64,000 nt of DNA, taken from Eledone cirrhosa. Its lineage: Eukaryota. Below the pieces are notes generated by a model, which did no database searches, was not told the origin of the DNA, and saw nothing but the letters and a program-made list of their open reading frames with translations. The stretch is from assembly GCA_964016885.1 (NCBI GenBank), contig OZ024742.1, positions 114,576,001 to 114,640,000 on the forward strand, in the 5' to 3' direction. The position numbers and the translations under genes are program-made. Shown piece after piece: positions 39,186-54,900 of this stretch; the stretch's first letter is position 1, and every line of letters starts with the position of its first letter.

Positions 39186-41107
39186 TGTCCTACTTCTTCT
39201 CCCTGATCGTACGCCCCAGCATTGAAATGTCCCCGGATATATGTGACAGCACGGAGGACCTCCTCAGCAGAATCACCGAAAATAACCTGTCTGGGTACAT
39301 AACAGACTGTATAATAGGTAGTATAGATGTAGTGTCCCTATACCCATCCATTGACGTGGATTTTGCTGTGGAGAAATGCATGGAAATGATCAGTAAGAGC
39401 AATGTTGAATTCCGTGGGATTGATACCAGTGAGCTGGGTCTTCTACTTAAACTCACATATAATAATGATTATCTAGATACGTATGACCCAACATGTGCCC
39501 CACAAGGCCAGCAAGAGGCAGACCACCTACCATTACCTCAATGGCAAGAAAACCCACACAGAATGATGGAACGGGTGGACCAGAGCCATACGGACCTCCG
39601 AAAACCATGATGTACTAAAGAAAATGATTGCACATGCGGCAGGGGCCAGTATAAAAGTAACCCTTAAGGAACATATGTTCAAATTTAATGGAAAAACATA
39701 TTCCCAAGAGGAGGCAGCAGCCATTTGTGTTAGCATTGCAGGTGACATAGCTAACCTATTCGTGGTATGGTGGGATAATAAACTTAAAAAACAATTCGAA
39801 GAGAGCCACCTCTTATCCCTGATAATGTACATCGTAGTAAAAACACCCCCAATTAAGAAGAGTCAGGAATTAGAGGAAAACACCATGGAAAGCATCCAGC
39901 AAATAGCAAACTCCATCCACCAGAGTATTAAAGTTACTATAGACTACCCAAGCGAACCCCCCAACCATCGATTACCTATACTAGACGCAGTTATCCGGTT
40001 AAAATCAGAGAGATAAAATCAGTGTATATAGAGGAGCCAGAACAAAATGGTAAAAATTGGTAAATAAATGATACAAATGGGACCTGACCCTTGTATACGA
40101 GCACGTTTTGGAATAGAATTGAAAGAACTAGGAATAAGGTTAATAAAATAAATTCATGATATGATAGCAATAAATACCTGAGTGTAATGTTCAAAACACA
40201 ACCCCTAGAGGGGAACTAGCTTACAAATTTAGAAGGGCCCTAGATAAACTTAACCTAAAAATTAAATATTAAGATAGTTGGAAGACCAGGTACCTCCGTA
40301 AAACAGTTATTAGTAATACATACCCTTTTCAATGACCTCCCTGCATAGATAAGACATGCATAATCTGTAAACTAAGCCACAATATTAAATGTAAAACTAG
40401 AAACATAGTATATAGCATAATATGTACTAAGGGACAATGTAAAGATAAGAATATAATGAACATATGTGAGACAGCTCGTATCATAGGAGAACAATTAAAT
40501 TAACACTGGCGAGAACGCCAAGATAGAAAAGACTCATCAGTACTGCACCAACATTCTAAAATAGAACATAAGGGCAAATTGAGAACATAGAAATAAAAAT
40601 AAAATCTACACCCAGCAATGTTTAGACAAATCACAGAGCAATAAACATAAATGAACTCCATCCAAATTTAAATAGAAAACATGAATGGAATAGCAACATC
40701 ACAACTTACAATTAAGGACAAAATGAAAACACACACACATAGAACAAACAACCAACTAGTAACATGTAAATAAACAAATAAATAAACAAATAAAAACACA
40801 CACAGACACCCGGATGTAACATATGCGCAAACTAAGCACACACCACACACATACAGAAGATGGCGTATGACAGAACAAAGGAGAGGCCCAACACAAAGAA
40901 AATAATCCCAGTCACTGAAGAGGTCACATAATGTGTGACGAAAGAACTTTGACAATATATGAACAACCGTCCGGCTGTGGAACCAACCAACCAACCGGTA
41001 ATTTATGAAATGTTTTTAAATTTATAATTTAATTTATAAGAAATTGAAGTGAAAACAACAGGTGCATGTGTTTTTTATTGGTAACATGACGCTCCCAAAT
41101 ATAACAA
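39186..41107 (+). mobile_element. Penelope-like element family 2, 5'-truncated and decayed (RT, GIY-YIG, HHR)
   Basis: IGSIDVVSLYPSID, FKFNGKTYSQ..AICVSIAGDIANLF, RLPILD; GIY-YIG remnant about 40400-40700; HHR at 40911. Confidence 0.85.
40911..40953 (+). ncRNA. Minimal type I hammerhead ribozyme
   Basis: GTCA-CTGAAGA-GGTCACATAATGTGTGAC-GAAA-GAACTT-TGAC. Confidence 0.75.
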
Positions 41108-41108
41108 T

Positions 41109-41251
<143 letters not shown>

Positions 41252-41680
41252 CATACATGTGAATGATCCCGATGTAAATCGAGGGGTGACTACTGTTATA
41301 AAGGTTACTCAATAAGTATATAGTGTATAGGTATATATTACTATAGAAATGAATTCTACAGGACTAGAAATTCTTCATTCGTAAGAAATCATCAGGAAAC
41401 TTAGATATTGTTTGTCAGCTTCAGTATTTAGAGTGTCCTTGGAATACAAGTTAAGAGTGGTGATTAAAATGGGGAAAGGGTTTGATATTGAGTAGATTGA
41501 TAGTTGGATAAGGATGACGTATCGTTTTTTTCCTGATAACACTAATATTGATTTGTATTGCTTGCTTGCTAGATGAGGGGCCAGATGAGAAGAGCCACCT
41601 ACACTATAGAGTAGTAGTATATAAATGGACAGTGAAACCAATGGTCCCACACATGTATTAAGTGTATGAAACTGTATTTA

Positions 41681-41734
<54 letters not shown>

Positions 41735-42999
41735 TCGCACACATACATATATACATACACACACACACTACCACATTACCATCTAGATATCCATTTACCA
41801 TGTAAATATGCTGGACCCACACACACAAATTATACAGCTAAAAGAGATAACAATAGTGTGGGTGGTGGTCATGGTGACAACAACGATGGCGGCAACACCA
41901 ACTTCAACTCTACAGACTACGAAAGTGACAACGAATCTGACAAAGATTGTGAAAACTTTAATGATGATGATGCAGCTGCTGTCGCTGATGTAAACGGTGA
42001 GGATGAACATGGCATATGTATGTGAAGGAATACACAGTCGGATATTCCATTTTCAATTACAATTACCTGAGTTTCCTTATATTAAATAACAAAGTGTGTC
42101 GCAGGCAATTAAATTTAAAGAACACTTTAATCATTGCTTGGAGAATAAATCCTTGCTAAATACTTGATGACTATGATCTATTTCTCTGTTCTTATTTGTT
42201 TTAGTGTTGTCTATATCTAATATTTTCTTTGCATTTCTTTTCCTATGTATTGACTTATGTTATGATTTTACCTAATTATTTAATTATTAGCAATGTTATT
42301 TTTTCCCATTCACTCTTTTAAAAAAATGTTTAATTAGACTAAACGAAATCAAATATGGTACATTTGTTTTACCTATTTTTTAAATATTCCTTAACAGAAA
42401 TAAATTCTTTAATTATTTTCATTTTCAATATTTTTGTTGCGTTTTATTTATTAAAGTTCAGTCAGTGTGACAGCGTATGGGTTAACATTTAGTTATTAGT
42501 TAGTATCTCGGGGAAAAATTAGTTGCATAGTTGGAAATCACCTAATTTAGCGTTTCCACTTATATGAAATAAAAAAAAAGCATTCGTCTTAATTAGAAAT
42601 CAAGTATATAGAAACATTGTTCAAAATAAAATAGAGAGAAATTAAAAGAAATTCAGTGTTGGATTTTACAGATTCATTTACAAAATGTAATATAGTGAAG
42701 CTTGTGACATAGCTAAACTCGGCAACATAATTTGAGTGTTGAAATAATGGGGGAACTAAATTGCAGCATTAGAAGGTTAACAGCTGAATATACGGACGAA
42801 AGAAGTTTCAAATCGTTCATTTATCTCCTTATGTGTGTTCCTGTGAAGTGTATGAACGATCATTTCATAATATACTAGACCACCCGTCACCTTTTGGATC
42901 ACGTTCACTTCAAAATATTTTCAAAAATCCATGTTAATTTAAAAATAACTTTTAAATAATTGAAATATACACAGACATGTATTTAATGTAAATTGATAC

Positions 43000-43051
<52 letters not shown>

Positions 43052-43531
43052 GTGTGTGTTTGTATACACATATATATGTATATGTCTGTGTATATATATA
43101 TGTGGGTGTCTGTGTGCTATATACACTGGTCATAGACGCACATACACATATACATACACATATATACCCACACATATATATGTATACAACCTCACATATA
43201 CAACCACACCAACCACCAGCTGTCTCTCTTCTTTTCTCCTTCTCTGTCTCGTCTCCCTCTCTCTATGTCTCTCTTTTAATCTACTTTCAAACAACCACTA
43301 TTTCATTCCCTCAATAATCTCTCTTTCTCTCTCTCTCCGTTATGCAGAAAACCCCATATCTCGGGAACCCCTTGATTCGATATCCCACGAAACTTGTTTT
43401 ATACCATTTGTATTTCCATTTCAGGGACAACATCCTTTCAGAGTATTTTCCCATTATGCGTCCTTTTGGCTGTATTACATTACAGACAAGCAAGCAATCA
43501 CATAACTTTAGTAATATATAGATAACTTTCG

Positions 43532-43730
43532 TTGGTGGATTGGCAGTATAGGTAGAGAGTCGGACGACATGCTTTCCAGCATAGTTACGTTTCTTTACGG
43601 TCTGAGTTCAAATCCCGCCGAAGTTAAATTTACCTTTCATCCTTACGGGGTCGATAAAATAAAATACCAGTAATGTACTGGTGAATTACTGGGTAATTGC
43701 TGGCCTTGTGCCAAAAGTAGAAAGAGTTAT
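43532..43730 (+). mobile_element. tRNA-head SINE, best-preserved copy
   Basis: TGGCAGTATAGG A-box, GAGTTCAAATCC B-box, core CCTTTCATCCTTACGGGGTCGATAAAATAAAATACCAG, 3' end GCCAAAAGTAGAAAGAGTTATTA. Confidence 0.9.
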
Positions 43731-44424
43731 TAGTTAGTTTGACTAAATCATCCGTGGTCAAAATGTTTCGTCTAAGAAAACAATATATATATATATATAT
43801 AATGATCCAGAAAGGAAAACATGATATTCTTTGTTCTTTATTTAAAATACTAAGTTCCGACTTCATGTAGGTTAAGAAACTGTTTAAAGTTAGATTTTGA
43901 CGGACTATAATCGTATATTATTTTTCTCTAATCTAAATCCAGAGAATTTATGATCAGTTGTATTCAAATTGCTTTTATTTTATAGAGAAATAACCTACTA
44001 GTTTGTTCTAGAGTCCCTTAATGTATACAATTATATATTATATTCATTGTCACATATACGCACACTCTCGTATAATATTTAAAAAAATAGAGATGGATGG
44101 AAGGACAAAGGAGGAATATCGTCCGAAACGTTTGTCGCTTAATGTATTATATAAAGCATAAACTAAAATAAATCTGAATTATCCTATATCGTTTTGCGCA
44201 ACACACACACACCACCCACGGACACATAACAATAAAAAGGCTGAAACACGTAATGTATTACTAGCGTATATATATATATATATATATGGGGGAAGGATAG
44301 GTGCGTGGGTATCTGTGTGAGCACGCGTGAGTGTATGTGTATAAAAAGGAACAGAATAATAAAGTAAATGACACAGTACGTGTTGAAGAAATGAATTAGT
44401 TTAATTCTTTATATAGCGGGAACA

Positions 44425-44790
44425 AATTCTTAACGTTTCGGGCACTCATCCTTCATTAGTATATATAGTAAGTAATAAAATATAAAATAGAATTTTAAAG
44501 AGCGAGCAAACAACCCCTTTCAACACTTGGTGCATTGATGATACCACGTTTGGCGGACACATGGAGACTATCTTCTAAGACCTTCGATCGGAGTTTCCTT
44601 TGGTGTGAATCGGACGCACGGTCACATGAATATGCTCTTAGGTGGTGAATGACAACGATAACGGAGAGTGCATTGCAATATTAATCTCGGACATGCGTTC
44701 CATTCTCTGCCAGCTGCATGTGACTTCGAAAGAGAATATTCTCATTCCCGGAAACCGATCTTACCACTACACCATCAGCGCCATGTTCCA
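44425..44790 (-). mobile_element. Possible old PLE 3' end (GIY-YIG-like residues plus degenerate HHR)
   Basis: Minus-strand ERMSE..SPLS..GNSDRR-like residues followed by CTAATGA-AGGATGAGTGCCC-GAAA-CGT-TA. Confidence 0.35.
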
Positions 44791-44799
44791 TATTTATGA

Positions 44800-47700
44800 A
44801 ATAGTTTTAGAGATTTTAACCAAATTTTCCACAAATATTTTCTCAAAAGTTTTTCTTCGAATTAATTACAATTCTTTCACAAAATATTTTATGAGAATAC
44901 TTCGGAAAAATGTCATCAAAAATTCTTTCAAATATTCTCAACAGTTCCATCAACGTTTTTATCAACATTTCTCCCAACATTTCTCGATACATTTCCAAAA
45001 ATGTGATTACAAAGTTTTTAAAAATTAACTCTAAATGTTTCCTATAAATATTCCTTAAAATTTAATGGAAAAGTTTCAACAAAATTTCAACAAAATTTCT
45101 TGCAAAATTTTGGAAATTTAAAAAAAAAATGTATAAAACATTCTCGAAACTTCTCCCAAATGTTTGATCAAGATTTTTCTGAAAAGGTTTCTTAAAGACT
45201 TTCCTCAATATCTCTTGGAAATGTTTATCAAAGTATTTTGGAAAAACTTTAGAGAATTTCTCAAAAATTTTTCTGCAATATTAAAAGTTTTTTTTTTCAT
45301 TTTGTGTTTCAAACATTTTAACAATTTTACGAAGAATTGTTGAAACAATTTATAAAGAGTTTTCTCAAAAATTGTCCTTGAAATGTTATCAAAAGTTTTA
45401 TCAAAATATATCGTAAAGCTCTCATCACAATTTCTCGGAAAATTTTCTACAATTTTTAAACATTCCCATCAATGATTTTTCCGGACATTTCCCCGAAAAT
45501 TGTCACAAGTTCTGAAAGGTTTTAGCCGCATCTTTCTTAAAATGTTCTTCAAAATATTTATCAAAATCTTTTCAAGTAAAATTTTAAATAATTTCTTGCT
45601 TAATTTTTGTATTCTTTGAGACTTCAAAAATTTCTTTCAGAATTTTTTTAGCTTTTTACAATTTTTTTGGCATTCTTGTAAATATTTTAAAACAACTGTC
45701 TAAAGAATTAATGAAACGGTTCCAAAAAATGGAAACGTTTTCTAAGATAATTGCTCAAATATTTTCCTCGACATTTAAAAAAAAGTTGTTGCAAGAAATT
45801 CCACAAAAACGTCAACAAAGTTTCAAAAAGTTTATAAGTTTTTCTTTTAAAACATTTTTGAAACTTTTCCAAAACATTTCACCAAAAGACTTCTGAAAAT
45901 GTTTCTTAAAAAATGATATAAATTATATTCTAAGAATTTTCATAAATATTTTTCCAAAGATTTTAGAAGATAATGCGAAAAAAGTTTGATGTATTTGTTT
46001 GCATAAAATGTCACTAATCATTTGAAGAATATTTCGTGCAAAACGTTTGATAAAATTTTAGAGAAAAACTTTGATGATATTTGTGAGAAAAATTTGACAA
46101 ATTTATGAGAAAATAATGCAAGAAACATTAGTAATTTGTTTTTATATGTTTCGAAATGAACTACAAATAAAATTGGGAGGAAAGATTCGGAAAAAAAATT
46201 CCGCAAAGTTTTGATGGAATATCAGAAAAATACTTTCAAAATTTTAGCGATATTTTCAATAAATTGCAGTGGATTTTGCGATATATTTTGATTCATTTGT
46301 TTCGAAAAACTTTTATAAAAGATTAAAGAATATTTTGAGGAAATGTTTTGTGTAAACGTTTTTGAGGAAATTTTGAGAAAAGTTTCGAAGAAAAATATTT
46401 TTCAAAATATTGCATAACATTTTCAGAGGAATTTTGGTCAAATGTTTTTAAAAAGATTTTCATGAAACAATAAGGAAAATTCAGAAAATTTTCAGAAAGA
46501 TTTTAACGAAATTTTGGGGGAAATTTTATAGAAGAGTCTGCAAGTTTTCAAAAGTGTTTGCAATAAATTCTGGTTAAATTTTTCTGAAAATGTTATTGTA
46601 AATATTTAAAGAAACATTCAAGTAAATGTTTTGAAAAAGAATTTCAGAAACATGTTGATGAAAATGATTTTTAAATTTCAAAAAACATTGAGATATTCAA
46701 ATTACGAATGTTTTTGAGGAAACGCTTTAAATTTGTATCGAGAAATATCATCAATTATTTTCTAAAATATTTACTGAAACATTTTTTTCAAAATATTCTT
46801 TAAATGCTTCTCGAAATGTTTTCAAATACATTTGATAAATGTTTTTCGCAAAATATTTAGCCATTTTTTTCCGAGACTATTCCCAGTTTCATCAAAGGTT
46901 TTCTCAATGGTATTGTCAAAATATTTCAAGAAAGATTCAAGGACGAATTACGAGTAAACATTTCAAAAATATCGAAAGATTTTCAAAGAAATGGTTAGAA
47001 AAGTTTTTAAAAATTGCAGAAATCTTTGAAAGTTTGGTGAAATTGTTTTCAATAAATTTCAATAAAACATTAAAGAAAAATCAAGAAAAATATTTGAGAA
47101 ACATTTTCAAAAAAACTTCGATGAAGGTTTTTGGGAATGATTTGAAAATCTAAAAAGATCTTTAAATATTTTTTTTTATATTTTTAAATATTTTCAGAAA
47201 CCCGTTAAATGAATATCAAAATTGTCTCGAAAAGATTTTTACCAACAATTTCTCGCATAATCTTTCGAAACTTATTGACAAAATTTATATTCATTTAGAA
47301 AACATCTTTGTGGAAAATACTCAGCTAAATGATGTTGATGATTTCTTTTTTATGGGATCTACCGAAAAATGTTGGGAGAAGTTTAAACATTTTTTTTCAA
47401 AAATTTCAGAAAATCTTGTAAGAATTTTAAGTGAAATATTTTCCAAAATATTATGATGACATGTGAAAAATATTTAAGACACATTTTAATAAATTCTTAC
47501 AGGTGTTTGAAGAAAAATTCTTGAAAACATTTCAGATATAATTTTATTAAACTATTTGGAAAATTTTCGAAAAAAGAAATACGGTTTTAGGAAGCCGTAG
47601 CTATGTAAACACCGGTGTTTACATAGCTACGGCTTCCTAAAACCGTATTTCTTTAGAAACATTAAATTTCTATACACATTGTATAAAGCTATTTCATTTT

Positions 47701-49680
47701 TAAACATTTCGCTCTCAATTTCAAAAACATTTTTCAGAAATTCTATCCATATTTAATTTCGAAAAAAGTTTTAAATATTTGTCACAAATATTTTACCCTG
47801 AAATTTTCTGAAACCATTTACTCGAACTTTTCTGTAACGTCTGATCAAAATATAATCGAAATATCTCGCAGAAGCTTCTGCAATTTTTGGAAAAAAAAGT
47901 TGAACATTTTTCGAAAATATTTTAAAGAATATTCAAACATTTTTGAGAAAACTTTGCAGGAAAATCTTAATTACAATTTTAAGAATAATTTCGAAAAATG
48001 TTTTTAAAAGTTTTCAAAACAATGCGCTTTCAAAAAATGTTGTGTGATATTTTGTTAAAATGTTTTCGACAATATTTTGAACTCTAAAGTAAATGTCGAA
48101 GAAACACGTTGAGGAACCCTTTCAGAAATATTTTGATACGAATTGTTGTAAATTTTTGAAAAAACTTGTGAGACATCTTTAAGAATTTTCAATTTGAGGG
48201 AACGCTTTTCAAAAATATGTCAGTTAAAATTTTCGAAACATACCCGAAACATTCAAAAATGTTTCTGAAAAGTATTCTTTCAAATTTGGATTGCAATTTC
48301 CTTAAAGTTATATGAAAATGTATTCGGTAACATATCATCAAATGTTGTCTTAAATCCTTCCTCTTACATTTTCTTCTTAATTGACTTTAAAGTTTTCTTT
48401 AAATGGTTTCGTAAACAAAATCAGAAACATTTCTCGCAAAGTTTACTGGAAAGCTGTGTGTAAAAATGATTTTCGCTTTCAACGTGGTGAAAAACAATAT
48501 GTATTCGTGAGTAAAAAATAATAATAATATCATATTTTATTCATATCGCTTTGTTTAGATAAAACTTCAAAGAAAATATCTTGCAAATCTTTTGAAAAAA
48601 CATTCATAGTAAATTTTAGATGATGTTTTTTATAAAAGTTTCGAAAACGTTCTAGAGAGTTGTTTAAAAACACATTTCTCTGAAAGACACTCGGAAATAA
48701 TTGTCAATTGTTTTCTCTTAGATATTGCTGGACCAAATGGATGAAGCTGTCTTCTGCCACATGGTGCATTATGTGGCAGATGACAAATCGAACATTATTA
48801 ATATTATGATAATAATAAAATATCATTATCATTCACTCACCAATACGTGTAGGAATCCTCCACACTATGAGCGGATACAAATTTTGTTTTTTAATCAAAA
48901 TGTTTTAAAATTAATTTCACCACATTTCTCGCCAAATTTCTGCAATTTATTGAAAACTTTTAAATCGTTCTGAAAGTCTTTCAAAAATGTTCCAAAATTT
49001 TTCATCAACATATTTCTGAAGAAGTCTTTTAAAGATTTCTCCGAGATACTTTTATAACGATTTATCAAATAGTATTCCAACATATTTCAGCAAATTACTT
49101 CTCATTTTTGATTTTAAAAACATTAGAAATAAATTTCATCAATACTTTTCTGAAAAGATTTCTGAAATTTTCATTTTTATCAAAATATGTCTGAAATAAT
49201 TGCAATAAATTTTCTTGCAACATTTTCTTGAACATCTTAAAAACATTTCTCTATAAAATTGTCGAAAGCTTTCTTAAAGTTTTATTCCAGATTTTTCTTA
49301 AATGTTTATTCAAAAATTTCCTCAAAATTTTCTTCAAAATGTTTTCTTCAAAATTTCTCGCAATATTTCGTTCAATTTTTAAATATCTTTTCTCGAAATT
49401 TTTCTGAAAGTTACCTAAAACTATTTTTCCAAAATTTTATAAAACTTACGAAATAATTTCTCTAAAACAAAAAAAAATTCTAATATTTTCCACAAATTTT
49501 CTCAATTATTTCCCCAAATATTTCATAATTCCTGCATGATAATTTCAAATATTTTCTTTAATTTATTTATCAAAATTATTTCGAAAATGTTCTTTCTAAA
49601 TACTTTCAAATATTTTTTCCATATTTCGCATTTTATTTTACTCGAAAGTTTCATCAAGGTTTATTTTTTAAAAGTTCTCC
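44800..49680. repeat. Degenerate A/T-tract satellite-like array in alternating orientations
   Basis: About 5 kb of AAAATTTTCTC/GAGAAAATTTT-like units with blockwise strand switches. Confidence 0.7.
47573..47654. repeat. 82-bp perfect palindrome
   Basis: AAAGAAATACGGTTTTAGGAAGCCGTAGCTATGTAAACACC|GGTGTTTACATAGCTACGGCTTCCTAAAACCGTATTTCTTT. Confidence 0.97.
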
Positions 49681-50269
49681 TAAAGTCCGAGGGGGTTAAA
49701 CCTCCAAATATCGGTCTCTTTCCGTAGGGTCTGCAGACAAATACGTACTTGTGGAGATGCCAGGTGTCCTTGGCCATAGGTCCATCTCCCCAATCACAAC
49801 CATCGGCACGGTGTTCGCTAACCGCAAGTGTCAGCCTCGAGATCTTGAATGGTTCTTCCAATCCGTCTCCTTCACCCTGCTCCGGGGGCCACGAGGTAGC
49901 CAGCGCGTGGGACCACATGTAGATGCACACCCCCACACTCCACGCACACACACACATACTCACATACACACACATGCAAGTCAGATAAAGTGTGACAATT
50001 TGAATCAACGGTGTAAAATAAGAAGGAAACAGGAAACAACAAACGTATTGATTCATATATATATGTGTTTCTGAACACTCAAGCAGATACAGATCTCAAA
50101 TCTTTTCTTAATAATGAAATAGAACGATGGGCATATAAAGAAGGTGTTCATAAAGCTAGAATAATCAACCATTTAATATTAATACGAAGAAACCTTTGGT
50201 GTAAATTCGTACCTCACTTTCTCTCATTATGGGTCTGTAGCTTCTGCCTTATCACACAACAATTTCCAT

Positions 50270-50400
50270 CAAGTTATCGATCCGCAAGGATGAAAGGCAA
50301 AACTAATATCAATGATATATACACTCAGAATGTATAAGGAAATAACTTTATGCCACAATGTATGTTGTCCGATGATCTCCCGATACTGTCGTTTCACCGG
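50270..50400 (-). mobile_element. Diverged SINE fragment
   Basis: TTATCGATCCGCAAGGATGAAAGGCAAA...ACTCAGAATG. Confidence 0.55.
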
Positions 50401-50486
50401 CCTAAAATATTAATGTATATTACAAATAATTAACTCTATGGAGTGCAAGGCTGGCTTTGAGAAACAAACAACATGTTTCTGGCTCA

Positions 50487-51545
<1,059 letters not shown>

Positions 51546-51561
51546 TATTTATGGGTATATG

Positions 51562-51691
<130 letters not shown>

Positions 51692-51785
51692 GTAATAATA
51701 ATAATAATATTAAATATGAAGACTAAACTCCAAAGAGAGCTCGATAAGGATGAATATATATCAAATATATAAGAACCTTAGAGCA

Positions 51786-51927
51786 AATATTTATTAAAAT
51801 AACAGATTAAAGTTTAAGCAAAGAATCGGTGCTTTCACCCTTAACGAGATCTTATGAATTTCAGAAGATCTCGTTAAGGGTGAAATCACCGATTCTTTGC
51901 TTAAACTTTAATCTGTTATTTTAATAA

Positions 51928-51931
<4 letters not shown>
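51786..51931. repeat. Fold-back of about 145 bp; family also at 32381-32480 and 59590-59740
   Basis: TATTTATTAAAATAACAGATTAAAG...CTTTAATCTGTTATTTTAATAAATA, centred at about 51858. Confidence 0.9.
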
Positions 51932-51979
<48 letters not shown>

Positions 51980-51982
<3 letters not shown>

Positions 51983-54900
51983 TATTTATTTATCCATTTA
52001 CTTATCGAGAACAACGTATCCAGAACAACTGCAACCCCAACCAGCGATAGCAACTACGGAAATGCTGTTAATAAAGATAAACATTTCTTCATTGGATGCC
52101 AGGCTCGAATCATACACATAAAGTGTAGTGATTTGGCCAGGAACATGAAGAGTTGTGATTTACAAAAGAAATGGACAATTTAAAACGTGCAAACTAACAA
52201 ATGCCATGACAATTAAAAGGTAATATAGAACATTTCCAATAGGGGTAGCAAAACTTAGCGATGATCTATGAAATTCACGGACACTAAACCACCCTACTCT
52301 CCATGAAGGACCTAGGAGAATGATACTCTACTATCTCAAACTTTACGGGCATTGATTGTTTCGATCATCCACTCGTGCCATCATGGCCATATTATCCTAC
52401 CTTTTACAAAAAGGTTATGTAAGGCAGCACTTACCAGTCCAGCCCTCCTTCATTTCCAAGAGGAACGCATTTTGCTCAGTCAAATAGACGAGTCGCGGAA
52501 TGATCTGCCTCAAAATTGCCGACAACAACTGTTCACTGTTTCGGTATACCAGGAGATACCGAAGCTTCACCGATATTTTCCGCACCATCACCTAAGTGGA
52601 CTGCTTCACGTTGAAGTTGTTGGTAGCAGATGGATCGTCTAACAATTGGAACCTATACTCTCGACAAAAATCCTTGCACCTACCCACCCAGATCTTTGAC
52701 ATTAAGCATGAACCGAGTCGTTGCTACCCTGGCCAAAATCTGAAACTCTGATTTAGTCAGAGTTATGTGCCGTTTTATTAATAACTACCACATTGTTCTC
52801 GCCTTTTCTCCGCAACGCTGCCACGTCCAGATTTAGATAGCTAGTTGCTCTAAACATCTTCAAACCCACCGGAGAACAAATCAACGCATGTCTAAGTAAA
52901 TTTTGTGAGGTATGTATATTCTGCAAGCCCGTTGATTTGCTCATCGTGCATCTGCATATAGATGCCAGTATCTCAGATGCTGTCATCAGCTATTCACAGC
53001 ATTCCGCACCTCCTGCCGAGAGCTGCGGCCGGACTTCGAGGTAGGATATATAGTCTACCATAATGTCTGTACCTCATATTGCAGGCCGCCTATCAGGCAA
53101 CCTATCTGATAGGCAGGCCGCCTATCAGAGTCGTCCATTTTGGGGGCTTATATCCACGTGTTTTCACATATTGGTCTTGCTGACGGTAGATCCATCCAAA
53201 TCTATTGACCTAACTTCTTTCTGCAAACGGATTTACTTCTACGATGACCCAGTGCAACAGCGAACATTTAAATATTTTACTCTCATTATAGCCATTTTGG
53301 GTTGCTAGTGAAGAGTAAATAGCTGATAATACTTACACACCATGAGATTTTGGAGTTCGGGTGATTCTATAATTATATTCGGTGGGGATTGTTTTTGGAA
53401 CCCCTTTAAGTGCCAACACGTTTCTCTTACACTGAGGCTCCCCATGTAAAGTGTGTTTATTAGTGTCTGATACTAATCGCATCATCATTAATTCTTGTGG
53501 AAATATGAAGGTGCAGAAGATAAATATATCACTCACTCTTTCAAACTATTTACTTCCTGCTATGAGTGCCATAAGCTCTTTGTTGGATTTTCTTGCGAAA
53601 ACGAAGTTTTGTGTCGGTGTGGTTGGTTGTTTTGGCATTGCGTGTTTGCGTTTGCTTGACTATGTTGTTGTTGGTAGTGGAGTAAATACTGGTGGAGCTT
53701 GAGTTGCCTCTGTGTCTCTATTTATTGTGTGTGGTATTGCACTTTTTGTTGTGTGTGTTTTCGATTTCATCTTTTGATGTATGCTGTTCCTCTTCATCGT
53801 TCCCACGAGAATAGGATGTACCGGTGCCTGTTTTGGATGTTAGTAGGAGTATGTTTGTTTTTCTGATTAGAAGCGACGGAGAGAGAGAGGAAATGTAGAG
53901 ATTTTCTGACATACGCCTGGGCAGTATTGCTGGAACGTGTTGTTGATCGTGATGATGGTGGTGGTCCTGTTGCTGCGTCTGTTGTAGTTCTCGTCTTGGG
54001 TCTATTACTGCTGATTCTGCTGGGTGTGATGTTGCTGGCATTGGTATTGCCGCCGAGTGTCTGGTTTTGCTGCAGCATTGGGTGTCATGGTGTTTGCGGT
54101 TCACTATTACTATTTTTATTACTATTGATTTTAATCCCCTAGTGTTGGCAGTAAGGGCGCGTTCTGGCTAACTGTCTTGTATGGGGGGCAGACGATTCTT
54201 CTAGTGCCAGTTTGCTCACATAGATAACAACAGGTTGGTTACTTTCAACTAAAACACGCAAATTCACACCGAGTGTCAGGTAAATGAGGTCTGGGATCTT
54301 GTGGAGGAAGTCTTGCTAGATGTGAAGGAGTGTCTCTACACTGACGTCAGACCAGATCCCTTTTTCCTGTCCGAGCACTGAAGTGACCGCAAACTACGTT
54401 CACCTGGCTTTGTTTTTTACAACAGGCATTATTTCTTTCAGTGATTTTTCGATTTCTGTTGGATTTATTTGTTCCGACTATTTCGAGTTTTGGATACACA
54501 TTAGTAGTTGGCTGTCTTCTGTTTACCTAGCAATACCAGGGAAATCATGGCTGCGTGCACCAAGGATCTTTCTAATATGTTTAGTTTGGGAGCTTGGGTC
54601 AAATTACGTACTTTTCAGCTATCTTCTAAAGAACGTTTCGGTACTTTTGGCAGCTGTTCCTATAAATGTATGTTGTTCTTGTTGTTAGTTTTGTTACTGT
54701 TTCCATGGTCTTGTTGTCTGTGTTGCTGTTAGTTTTGCTATTGTTTCCATGGTCTTGTTGTCTCTGTTGCTTTTAATTTTGTTGTTTGTGTGTTGTTGTT
54801 TTCGTTTCCGATAATGGCGATTGTGGTGTTGGCGATGCTGCTGTTGGTGATTGTGTTGGTAGTGGAGGAGGCAATGTTATTTTCTGTCAATATTTTCTTA

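Noticed and set aside
43532-43625. tRNA gene
   Set aside because: The A and B boxes belong to the SINE head; no cloverleaf.
44745-44790. tRNA-like start on the minus strand (GGCGCTGATGGTGTAGTGGTAAG)
   Set aside because: No B-box, T-arm or acceptor-stem complement; not a tRNA gene.
49680-49920. GC-richer island possibly encoding a GIY-YIG C-terminus on the minus strand
   Set aside because: Only vague residue similarity (SEHRAD, IFGGLTPSDF); needs a profile search.
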